From positions 32,001 through 96,000 of the forward strand of contig CBFGJV010000005.1 of NCBI GenBank assembly GCA_965649205.1: 64,000 nt of DNA, given 5' to 3'. Made by a program: the position numbers and the translations under genes. This stretch comes from a candidate division WOR-3 bacterium. GTDB taxonomy: Bacteria > Hydrothermota > Tepidihabitantia > Tepidihabitantales > Tepidihabitantaceae. This document shows positions 19,610-29,300 of the stretch, in pieces (within the stretch, counting starts at the first letter, position 1; each line of letters opens with the position of its first letter). Under the pieces are notes generated by a model that saw nothing but the letters and a program-made list of their open reading frames with translations, ran no database searches and was not told where the DNA came from.

Positions 19610-21043
19610 TTACCCCAGTTTCAGGCGGCAGCGAATATAGGGACCGCCGCTGGCATTACGCACCCATTCCTTGTGACCTTTGCCGCAGGTACCGGCTGAG
19701 GTGGTATCTAACTCGGTACCTACTGCGTCTACGCTGCCCAGTACGTCTGGCACGTATCCTGTGACGCCTATCTGATAGTAGCGCCGGCCGGTGAGCTTGC
19801 CCGACTTTATTTCATGGCCGTGTAGGACCTGGAGCTGAACGCCCCAGCCAAGCGGGTCTTCCATACCAGAGGTCATACGTTCCAGAAGTACGCCGTTCTC
19901 GGTGGCGGCAATCATTTCGTCCCTGGTCAGGCCGCCTGCTTCCCGGGGACGAGGCAGGAAATAGGTACAGGTCATCCGGGCATAGATGGGGTGACTCCAG
20001 CTTTCCAACCGACCAGATGCAGACTGTTTCAGTCCCGGCAGCCGGTCTTTCATCATCAGGTAAGAATAGCGGTCACACATCATAGTAGGTTGCAGGATGC
20101 CGTCCCTGACTAGAACGACAGGTTCTTCGGCTAAGACTCCGTCGTCGGAGAAAAAGACAGAGCCATTGGTGCCAGGTCGGCCCGGTTCATCTACTATGTT
20201 CACCAGTTCCGAACCGACGCGCTTGCCGATGAAGAGCAGGGCCCGGGCGGCACCGCGCATCATCGTGTCCAGCTCGCAACCGTGGCCAAACGACTCGTGG
20301 GCCAGCGTGCCGGCCACATCTGGTGCCAGAATGCAGTGGTATTCGCCCGGTTCGAGAGGTACCGCCTGCAGGCAGGCAACAGTTTCGTCAGCCACCTGGT
20401 GGGCCCAGGTGGCATCGGTTGTTGCCAGTGTTTCCCAGCCGGTACCATACAGGTGGCCATAGTTCTGTACCTGTTTTGTTCCGTCTGTAGCTATGGCTAC
20501 AGCAAAGAGAATGGTGCGGGTAATCTCGCTGGAGAGAAGTTTGGTTCCGTCGGCAAAAAGTCGGTATTCCCTGTCTGTCTGCAGTGCTACCTGAGACATG
20601 GCGATACGTTTGTCTCTGGTGGCTAGCGCCTGAAACAGTCTGCCGCACAGTTCCTGACGTTCGGGAGTTGAAATCAGCAGCGGGTCTTTTTCGTATAGCG
20701 TGCGGAAGTGGCGGTCCATTTGCATACCGGGGTCCGGAACCGGGCCTGGTTTTAGAGACAAGGAATTGGCCAGACCCTGAGCCAGTCTGATCAGATAAGT
20801 ACGGTCCTGCAGACGGTTGGTGGCGACAGAATGAAAGGTGGCTCCGTCCCAGGCAGTTATTCTGATGCCCGGGTCTGGAGGTGTAGGCACTACCTTTTCT
20901 TCACTTCTGGACTTGGCTACAGACATCCCTCCCCGGCGCGTGACAAGCGCATAAGCATAAGGCGCCTTCTTTTTCAGTTCTGCTACCAGTTCGGGAAGAA
21001 ATCCGCGCAGATTTTCTAGTTCTGGAGGCAGGTCACAGTTCAT
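19610..21043 (-). CDS. tldD: TldD metalloprotease subunit
   Basis: HESFGHGCE zinc motif, ARMTCTY, C-terminal GTCGKG...GGP. Confidence 0.88.
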   Translation of the reverse strand: MNCDLPPELENLRGFLPELVAELKKKAPYAYALVTRRGGMSVAKSRSEEKVVPTPPDPGIRITAWDGATFHSVATNRLQDRTYLIRLAQGLANSLSLKPGPVPDPGMQMDRHFRTLYEKDPLLISTPERQELCGRLFQALATRDKRIAMSQVALQTDREYRLFADGTKLLSSEITRTILFAVAIATDGTKQVQNYGHLYGTGWETLATTDATWAHQVADETVACLQAVPLEPGEYHCILAPDVAGTLAHESFGHGCELDTMMRGAARALLFIGKRVGSELVNIVDEPGRPGTNGSVFFSDDGVLAEEPVVLVRDGILQPTMMCDRYSYLMMKDRLPGLKQSASGRLESWSHPIYARMTCTYFLPRPREAGGLTRDEMIAATENGVLLERMTSGMEDPLGWGVQLQVLHGHEIKSGKLTGRRYYQIGVTGYVPDVLGSVDAVGTELDTTSAGTCGKGHKEWVRNASGGPYIRCRLKLG

Positions 21044-21073
21044 GTGTTTCCTTTCCTGAAGAAGTTGGGAGTG

Positions 21074-22183
21074 TCAGACAAGAAGACACCCTTTTTTCTC
21101 ATACTCCTGAAACAGTTTGCCCCAAGGGGTTTCCTTACGCCAGCGTTCGTACACTTTTTTGTAGCGCAGGGGCCACTGGATGACGTCATGATTTACCGCC
21201 GACACGAGAATGGGGAAGAATACCAGAGGCGGCCGCAGAATCAGTTTCTGGAGGAATTTGGTCGGGCCGTACCAGGAAAGCCAGCCGAGAAAGCGATGGA
21301 AGTTGTATCCCACATCAAATCCCCAGTTTTCACCCGATACGTCGTCGCCTACGAGTTCAATCTCCTTTGGATCGCCCACGCCCAGGCCGCGTTCGTGCGC
21401 CAGACGGATGTAAGGTATAGACATAGGGTCAAAGCCCATGAGCTTGGCGGCAATAGCGTCGATAGCCGTCTGGTCACCAGAGGCGAGGATGATATTCTTT
21501 ACCACTGGCGTCATCGTGCGCGGGCCCGGGCCGTTGCCGGCAGTGGTCCCGTCCATCACGGCAAAGAGGCCAGTGTGTATCTCCTTCTGGATGGCGAGCA
21601 GGTCCACCAGGGTTTCATGAATCCAAGTGTGCGTGTAATGACGGTTTGTGGACAAGAGTCCGCCGAAGGCATTTTTCATGGCGCCAGTGGTGGTGGTGTA
21701 GATGTGGCATTTCACGGTAGGCAGATGCACTATGTTCTTACCGAAAAAATAGTCAGGCAGGCGCAGGCCTTTGGGGTAAACTTTATGCAGCGCAAGCAGT
21801 TCTGTTTTTGGTTCGTACGGAACCCACTTTATGTCTTCTTCCTTGAAGTTATAAAGAACCCGCAGGTTGCATTTGCGGAATATGGCAACGTAGCGGTTCA
21901 GGTCCTCGCCCTTGTGGGTATCAATGACTACGGTCTTGTTCTGGACCACCGTCAAGTCTGTATATCCCAAGTCACGCAAGCCCAGTACGGTGCCTTCCAG
22001 CTGCCAGGGTGTAGTGTTAGCAGAAGGCATGGGGAAATGCCAGGATATATTGTCCTTGAGGATAGTGGTTTTACCAGGGGCCAGAAATTGGTCGGCTCCA
22101 GCCAGACGGATAAGTCGGCGGTAGTCGTCCAGGACCGTTTCCGGCCTGGTTCGGAGAACAGCAACACGCGCGCGGCTACTCAC
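21074..22183 (-). CDS. DUF362 domain protein
   Basis: ILKDNISW, HLPTVKCH, TTGAMKNAFG, MDGTTAGNGPGP, ASGDQTAIDA. Confidence 0.8.
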   Translation of the reverse strand: MSSRARVAVLRTRPETVLDDYRRLIRLAGADQFLAPGKTTILKDNISWHFPMPSANTTPWQLEGTVLGLRDLGYTDLTVVQNKTVVIDTHKGEDLNRYVAIFRKCNLRVLYNFKEEDIKWVPYEPKTELLALHKVYPKGLRLPDYFFGKNIVHLPTVKCHIYTTTTGAMKNAFGGLLSTNRHYTHTWIHETLVDLLAIQKEIHTGLFAVMDGTTAGNGPGPRTMTPVVKNIILASGDQTAIDAIAAKLMGFDPMSIPYIRLAHERGLGVGDPKEIELVGDDVSGENWGFDVGYNFHRFLGWLSWYGPTKFLQKLILRPPLVFFPILVSAVNHDVIQWPLRYKKVYERWRKETPWGKLFQEYEKKGCLLV

Positions 22184-22191
22184 AACTAGTA

Positions 22192-22294
22192 ATTATAGCA
22201 CAGACAAGAATAACTGCAATTGTCCATAATGCACCTACAGACAGAGCCTGCAATCTGCGGTTCCGGGTTTGACAGAAGGGCAGATGTGTATAAT
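22192..22294. promoter_or_regulatory. Divergent sigma70 promoter pair, both near-leaderless
   Basis: Minus strand: TTGCAG-16-TATAAT, 8 nt before GTG 22183. Plus strand: TG-extended TATAAT 22289-22294, 8 nt before ATG 22303 (its TTGACA is only 14 nt upstream). Confidence 0.65.
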
Positions 22295-22302
22295 GTTCGC
22301 TT

Positions 22303-22686
22303 ATGAGTAGAGCCAGATTTGCAACTGCTATTAACTGTATGGACGGCAGAACGCAGCTGCCTGTTATTGAGTGGATGTTGGCCAATTGCGGAGTAGATTA
22401 TGTGGACAATGTCACGGAGCCAGGTCCGGTGAAGATACTGGCGGAGGCCGGCGACAGTTCTCCGGCAAAGGCCATAATGGGTCGAGTGGCTATTTCGGTA
22501 GAGAAGCACTGTTCGGACAAGGTTGCGGTGGTGGCACACTACGACTGTGCGGGAAATCCGGAGCCGAAGTCAGTGCAGATGCGTCAGCTGAGTTCCGCTT
22601 TGAATACTGTGAAGAGCTGGAATTTTCCGGTTGAGGTCATCGGTCTGTGGGTGGATGAGAACTGGCAGGTACACAGAGTAATATAG
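22303..22686 (+). CDS. Small putative beta-class carbonic anhydrase-like protein
   Basis: Zn-ligand pattern CMDGR ... HYDCAGN. Confidence 0.7.
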   Translation: MSRARFATAINCMDGRTQLPVIEWMLANCGVDYVDNVTEPGPVKILAEAGDSSPAKAIMGRVAISVEKHCSDKVAVVAHYDCAGNPEPKSVQMRQLSSALNTVKSWNFPVEVIGLWVDENWQVHRVI

Positions 22687-22752
22687 CTTTGTCGTATCTA
22701 GCAAGGGGTTGGATAGTCGTTACCTGCCAAATAGGAGGCGGCGCAAGCTGGT

Positions 22753-22780
22753 TTGACAGGAATTGACCCCGTAATACAAT
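22753..22780 (+). promoter_or_regulatory. sigma70 promoter of purN, leaderless
   Basis: TTGACA-16-TACAAT, 7 nt before ATG 22788; no SD. Confidence 0.7.
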
Positions 22781-22787
22781 TTACCTC

Positions 22788-23405
22788 ATGACGCCCACAG
22801 TAATCGGAGTGTTGGCTTCAGGACGCGGGAGTAATTTCGAGGCTCTGGCCAGAAACTTCCGGAATGGAACTACTGGCGGGCTGGTCAGAGTAGTCATTGC
22901 CAATGTGCCTGACGCTGCGGTGCTGGAGCGAGCCAAAGCTCTGGGCGTAGAGGGAAAACTCATTGACCACAAAACATTTGCTTCGCGGGCGGATTTCGAG
23001 CGGGCATTGATTGAAGAGCTGGAAAAATACAATGTGGGACTGGTGTGTTTAGCCGGTTTTATGCGTATTCTTTCTCCGGTGTTCGTGAATCACTTTGCCG
23101 GAAGGATTATGAACATACACCCATCTTTACTTCCGGCATTTGCCGGCCTGCAGGGAATGGATGTGCATCGGGCCGTGCTGGAATCGGGCGCCCAGTTTAC
23201 CGGCTGTACGGTGCATTTCGTAAATGAGCATGTTGACGCCGGACCTATCATACTGCAGAGAGTTGTACCGGTGTTAGACGATGATACGGTGGAAACTCTG
23301 GCTGCGCGGGTTCTGGCAGAAGAACATCAGGCCTATCCGGAAGCGGTGAAGTTGTTCTGCCAGAACAGGCTGCAGATTCAAGGTCGCCGGGTGAAAATCA
23401 TCTAG
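22788..23405 (+). CDS. purN: Phosphoribosylglycinamide formyltransferase
   Basis: SGRGSNF, LAGFMRILS, NIHPSLLP, GCTVHFV, DAGPII. Confidence 0.97.
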   Translation: MTPTVIGVLASGRGSNFEALARNFRNGTTGGLVRVVIANVPDAAVLERAKALGVEGKLIDHKTFASRADFERALIEELEKYNVGLVCLAGFMRILSPVFVNHFAGRIMNIHPSLLPAFAGLQGMDVHRAVLESGAQFTGCTVHFVNEHVDAGPIILQRVVPVLDDDTVETLAARVLAEEHQAYPEAVKLFCQNRLQIQGRRVKII

Positions 23406-23413
23406 GTGCGCAG

Positions 23414-24448
23414 ATGCCGATACGGGTAGCGATTGTGGGTTGCGGTACGCAGGCGCAGGTGGCGCACATACCGGCTCTGAAACAGAACCGGAATGTGGAA
23501 ATAGTGGCCCTTTGTGATACGGATGTGCGCAAGCTCAACCACCTCTGTTCCCTGTACAATGTTCCCCGCCACTATGTGGATTTCGACGATTTGAAGAACG
23601 ACGAAGATATTGATGCGGTGGTGATTGCCACGCCCAATTACCTGCATGCCCCTATGGCCATAGCGGCTATGCGATACGGCAAGGACGTGCTGTGCGAAAC
23701 GCCGCTGGGTCTGAATGCGGCAGAGGCGCGGGCTATGATTCAGACAGCGGAAGAAGAGGGTCGCTATCTAATGCCCTGTCTTAACACCAGACTCCGGCCT
23801 GACGTGCAGACTATCCGCAAGTTTATCAATGGCGGAGAATTAGGCCAGCTGTATTATTGCAAGACCGGCTGGCTGCAGGGTCGCAGTTCCTGGTCCATGG
23901 GGGGCTGGCGTGAGCAACGGCTCCGGTCAGGAGGGGGAGCTTTCCTTTCTTTGGGTACTGCGCTGTTGGATTTTGGCCTCTGGCTACTTGCCCCTGCGCG
24001 GCCGTTGTCTGTTGTCGGCGTGTCGCATCGCCGTATGCCCCACATGGAAGTTGAGGATACCGCGTTTGCCATGATTCGGCTTGCCAATGACATACTTCTG
24101 ACCCTGGAGGTGGGCTGGAGCATGTTGATGGATAGAGATTTCACCTATTTCAACGCCTTTGGTACCAGCGGCGCAGCGTTGCTGAATCCTATTCAGATTC
24201 ATAAAGAGATGCACGGACATCTGGTCAACGTGACACCAACCGTGTCCACCAAGGGCATACAACGTGCCTCATATCGCATGTTGATTGATATTTGGGTAGA
24301 TTCATTGGTGCGGCGGGTGCCACCGGCCATACCGGCCACCGAGGGTCTGCTCATAAATCAGATTGCCGATGCGTTCTACGAATCCTGCGCAACCCGGGTT
24401 GAGGTAAAGCTGCCCGTGGAACAGCAGGAAAGACAGCAAAACCAGTGA
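23414..24448 (+). CDS. Gfo/Idh/MocA family oxidoreductase
   Basis: VAIVGCG, DAVVIATPNYLH, DVLCETP (variant of EKP), SGGGA. Confidence 0.9.
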   Translation: MPIRVAIVGCGTQAQVAHIPALKQNRNVEIVALCDTDVRKLNHLCSLYNVPRHYVDFDDLKNDEDIDAVVIATPNYLHAPMAIAAMRYGKDVLCETPLGLNAAEARAMIQTAEEEGRYLMPCLNTRLRPDVQTIRKFINGGELGQLYYCKTGWLQGRSSWSMGGWREQRLRSGGGAFLSLGTALLDFGLWLLAPARPLSVVGVSHRRMPHMEVEDTAFAMIRLANDILLTLEVGWSMLMDRDFTYFNAFGTSGAALLNPIQIHKEMHGHLVNVTPTVSTKGIQRASYRMLIDIWVDSLVRRVPPAIPATEGLLINQIADAFYESCATRVEVKLPVEQQERQQNQ

Positions 24449-24461
24449 ACGCCGGCTCTGG

Positions 24462-26129
24462 TTGCTACTTGCTGCTGCTTTAGTGACTGCCCGGACTGGC
24501 ACATTTCTGAGTCTTACGCTGGGCGCCCTGGCGCTTAGCCTTGCTTTTGCCCCCTTTCCTTTTCGTTTTCTTGCGTTTTTTGCCCTGATACCGCTGCTGC
24601 GGACGATAGACCTTGCGTGGTCGCATTCAAGTGGAAAACAGCGCGTTTTTCTCTGGTCATGGTTCTTCGGTACGCTGGCTGCCGGCTTTCACTTTTGGTG
24701 GCTTTGGTTTCTGGTTGTGCCAGTGGAGCCGGTAACGCGTTTCTTGCTCAATATCGGAGTAGTGGTGCTTCTTATTTACTTGGGCCTGTATTGGGCGGTA
24801 TTCGGAATTATCGTGCGCCGTCTGGGCTTGTGGACCGCGCCGTTAGTCTGGCCGCTGCTGGAGTACCTCAAGAGTCTGGGACAGATTGCGTTTCCCTGGG
24901 ATTTGCTCGGTTACGCTATGACTCCCTGGCTTCCTTTTATTCAGCCGGCTGCTTTTGGGGGAGTGTATCTGGTTTCGGCCTGGGTAGTACTGGTGAATCT
25001 GCTCTGCTATCGTATTGTGTTTCCTCAGCGCAGATTAGAGATGTGCGGCTCGGGCGAGGGAAGGCAAGCCGGGGGAATAAGACAGCAACTTTTGCGTCCG
25101 CGTATAGCTTATGGGGTCGGATTGGCACTCACACTGCTGGGTCCTTTGGTTCTTTTTCTTATCAGAGTCAAGCCGCATGTTTGTGGGTTGCGCGTGGCCA
25201 TAGTGCAACCAGACGTGTCGCCTCTGGACAAGGGAGACATTGCTTCCCGCGAACAGATATACGCCGACCTTCTGCGGCTGGTGCGGCAGGCGGCGAAGGA
25301 CAAACCTGACTTGATTGTCTGTCCGGAAACGGCCACGTTGTTCGATGTGACTGATCAGAAGAACTACATCAGTCAGAGCTTGAAGAGGCTGGTAGATTCG
25401 CTAGGCATACCGGTGTTTACTGGTACGCCGCTCCATGACCGACAGCGCGGCACCTGGCATAATGGGGCTGTTTTACTTCTGGCGGGAGAAGATTCTGTGG
25501 CGCAACGGTATTATAAAATGCGGCTGGTTCCGTTTTCGGAAAAAATCCCTTATGCGGATGAATTTCCGCTACTACGAAGAGTGTTGGCCACTGGTGATAT
25601 GGGTAACTGGGACAGGGGCAGGGATTACACCATTTTTCACCTTCAGTCCGGCGCAGCTACGAGGGCTGATACGGCAGCGGCAGTGCAAGTTCAGAAAGGG
25701 CCTTCTATCAGCAGATTCTCCGGTCTTATCTGCTTTGAGGCAATTTTCGGCGATTTGGCTCGTCAGTTTGTACGGAGAGGCGCAGAGATGCTTGTGGTTG
25801 TCACGAATGACGGCTGGTTTGGCAGGATTATCGGCGCCCAACAACATGCAGAGCTGGCCGTGATGCGTTCAGTTGAACAGGGCGTACCACTCGTTCGCAG
25901 TGCCAACAATGGCATATCGTTTATCGTCGATCCCTACGGAAAAGTGTTGTGCCAGACCGGGCTCTTTACCCAAACGATACTTAAGGGAGCAGTGCCTTTG
26001 CCTCTTCCACCCACGTTTTATTGTCGTTTTGGGGACTGGTTTATTGTCTTCTGTCTCGCGGTTATTGTGATTCAGACCGTAGTTTGGTTTCTGCGCGGGC
26101 GGAAAGACATCAGGCAGGCGGCACGATAG
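24462..26129 (+). CDS. lnt: Apolipoprotein N-acyltransferase
   Basis: N-terminal TM helices, AFPW, nitrilase triad CPET / YYKMRLVPF / LICFE, TNDGWFG, RSANNGIS. Confidence 0.93.
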   Translation: MLLAAALVTARTGTFLSLTLGALALSLAFAPFPFRFLAFFALIPLLRTIDLAWSHSSGKQRVFLWSWFFGTLAAGFHFWWLWFLVVPVEPVTRFLLNIGVVVLLIYLGLYWAVFGIIVRRLGLWTAPLVWPLLEYLKSLGQIAFPWDLLGYAMTPWLPFIQPAAFGGVYLVSAWVVLVNLLCYRIVFPQRRLEMCGSGEGRQAGGIRQQLLRPRIAYGVGLALTLLGPLVLFLIRVKPHVCGLRVAIVQPDVSPLDKGDIASREQIYADLLRLVRQAAKDKPDLIVCPETATLFDVTDQKNYISQSLKRLVDSLGIPVFTGTPLHDRQRGTWHNGAVLLLAGEDSVAQRYYKMRLVPFSEKIPYADEFPLLRRVLATGDMGNWDRGRDYTIFHLQSGAATRADTAAAVQVQKGPSISRFSGLICFEAIFGDLARQFVRRGAEMLVVVTNDGWFGRIIGAQQHAELAVMRSVEQGVPLVRSANNGISFIVDPYGKVLCQTGLFTQTILKGAVPLPLPPTFYCRFGDWFIVFCLAVIVIQTVVWFLRGRKDIRQAAR

Positions 26130-26309
26130 CCTGCCTTGAGGTGTGAACCCTTTTCTGTTCCAGTTTCCCTGCTGAAAACATACGCACAGGCCGGTGCTGA
26201 CCAAAGACTGAATTCGCAGTAGCACACCAGAAGCAGAGTCAGTTCCTGGTATACTGCATGCTTGCGTCTGACGCGTCGTTCGGTATATTTGGAGCGAGCA
26301 GGGGCAGAG

Positions 26310-29300
26310 ATGTGTAGAGCTGTCGCTTTCTCAGTCTTTTTTCTTGCCTTAGGGGGCAGGGTTCTGGCCGGCTGGCTGCCGGAAGAAAGGCTTACCTTCC
26401 GGCCTGACACGGCCGACTACACTACACCCAATTATGCGCGCTGTGTGGCATCTGACCGGACTGGCAACGTGCATGTGGTCTGGTATGGCAGGTGGCAACA
26501 GAAGCCTCAGGTCTGGTACAAACGCCTGGATGCTCTGTCCGGCCGATGGTCGGAGAATATGGTGATTTCCCATGAACCGCAGGGAGCAATCAATCCCTGC
26601 CTGGCTGTGGACGACTCCGGCAATGTGCATGTGGCGTGGCAGGTGGCAACAGCCCAGGCAGACACCGTATTGCGCTACCGTTGTCGGCACGTTGCCGGCG
26701 GCGTCTGGGACTCGATTGAAACAGTAGTCAGAGGCACACGTATGCAAACGCCTTCCCTTGCGGCCCGGCAGGATGTGGTTGCGCTGGTCTGGAGCCAGCA
26801 GTGGTTACCGCAGTATCAAGGGGTTTTTCTGGCTGTGCGCACTCGCGGTGGCTGGTCACAGCCGGAAATGGTGAGCGATTCTCTTTCCAGAGACCAAGGA
26901 GCTGGTGCAGTGGGCATCGGCGCCGGCAGCGTGGGTGTGCTCTGGAGGAACGGAACAGCCGATTTGATTATGTTTCGACAGCGGGAGACGACTGGCTGGG
27001 CCGGACCGGAGACTGTTTTTCGGGGTGCCAGTGCGGCGCCCTGTCTCTGGATAGAACCGAAAGGAACGGCGCATAGCATCTGGACAGCCAGTATTTCAGG
27101 CAGGGACAGATATGTCTATCGTCAGAAACAGGAAGGCATTTGGCGTGATGCTGTGATGTTGCCCGAGACTTATCCCATGCAGGGGCCGGTGTCCTTGGGA
27201 GTGGAACAGAGTGGCCAAATTCATCTGGTCTGGGTGGCGAAAGATACAGTGTATTATGCCACGGCGGAAAGCAGCGGCCGCAGGTGGTCAGTGCCGCTGG
27301 CCATCGGATTCGGGCCATACGGACGCGGGAACCCCAGTCTGCATGTGCAACAGGAGGGTGAGTTACAAGTTGTGTGGACAGACAACCGCCATAATCCCTA
27401 TCCCTATTCTGATATCTACTGTCGCAGGTATGGGTGGTTGCGGGACATATCTGTACAACGTGTCGTCAGTCCTGTGGGCATTATTGACAGCGGCATGGCG
27501 GTAGCTCCTGCAGCCTGGGTAGCTAACTGGGGAGATTCTACGGAGACGCAGGTAAGGGTAGATTTCCGCCTCGGTGATTCTGGGCAGCTGAGGATGGTGA
27601 CAAGCATTCTTCCGGGCGACTCTGCGCTTGTACATTTTGATACCTGCAAGTTGTTGTCCTTGAGCTGGATTGGGCTTTGTTGTTCTACCGCCCTGACAGG
27701 TGATGCAGTGCCGGCAAACAACGTAAGCAGAGATTCCATTTTTGTGCGGCTGCGTGATGTGGCACTGGACTCTATACTCACTCCTCGTGGTTTGCTACCG
27801 CTGGATACAGTGCGACCGGCGGCTACTGTACGTAACCGCGGTAATGTGGCGGCGGAGGCGCGGGCCAGATTCAGTATTCTGGAGAATGGCGAGGTCGTAT
27901 ACTCCGGGCAGACCACCGTTCCCATTCAGGCTGGGGTCGTCCGGCGGCTGGAGTTTCCACCCTGGGCGGGCAAGGTGGGGGTTTTCACTGCCGTATGTTC
28001 AGTCAGTTGCGGAGGCGACATTCATCCCGAGAACGATACCGGTTCAACTCGGTTTGAGTTGTTCTATCGTGACCTCGGGATAGAGGACATAACTTGGCCG
28101 ACAGGGCAGGTTGATTCCGGCGTCTTTGGCCTGCCGGTTGTGCAGGTACGCAATTTGGGGAATACAACCGAGCGCTATTGGGCGTTCCTGACTATAGGCG
28201 CTGATTACAAAGACAGTCTTGAAGTGCAGTCTCTGCTTCCGGGGCAAACCGATACGCTTCATTTTGCGGGCTGGACGGCTCAAAAGCGGGGTCTTCTGTT
28301 TGCTGGGTGTTCGCTCTGGTGCAGCGGAGACATGAACCTGTCCAATAATGCTGCGGCGCGCACGGTGTTCGTACAGGTGCGGGATGCGGCGGTGGAAAGT
28401 ATCGTCAGCCCGGCCGGACCGATTACTGTCGACAGCGTGCGTCCTTGCGTACGCCTGCGCAACCAGGGCAATACAAAGGTCATTTCCCGGTGCGGGTTCC
28501 TCATAGAATCTGATTCCTCAGGCATTGTCTATGTTGATTCTGTGGACGCTTACCTTGCCCCTGACTCTGTAACAGAGGTAATGTTTTCTAGCTGGCAGGG
28601 AACGCCGGGTCGGTATAGAACAGCGTGCTTTTCCTCTCTGGATGGTGACATGCGTTCTGAGAATGATACCCTGCGCGGGGAGTTTTTAGTCTACCAACCA
28701 GAGGTGCGGGTGATAAGAATGTTAGTTCCGGCTGCGGTGGTTGATTCTGGCTGGTACGACCGTCCGGTCGTGGAGTTGCACAATGTTTCTCCTGTTCCGC
28801 TTGCCTGCCTCTGCAGTCTGTATATCGGTCCGTATTATGCCCAGGTGGAGACAGTGGCCGGTATGTTGCCCGGTGAGATACGGGGGTATCGCTTTTCCGA
28901 ACCCTACTATGCGGTTCAGCGGGGCTGGCAACCAGTCCTGTGTTCCATATTTGGTTTTGCGGGCACGTCGCGAACGCCTGCCTGCAAGCTGGAATGCAGC
29001 CTGTTTGTCAGGGTCAGGGATGCGAGCGTGGAAGGCATCCTGGCGCCTTCGGGCAATGTGGGCAGAGGCGAAATCAGACCGCGGGTGCGAGTTCGCAATC
29101 GGGGAAATGTTACTGGCAAACCAGGCTGCTGGTTTGCTGTCAGAGATAGTGCGGCGGAACTTTATCGCGACTCGGTAAGTCTGGAGCTGGAGCCGGGGAA
29201 CGATGCGGTGGCGGAGTTTCGTTTCACAAGTTTTCCTAGCGGACGCTATCGCGCCTATGCCTGGACTTTTATGGAAAACGATATGGTGAGGGCCAATGAT

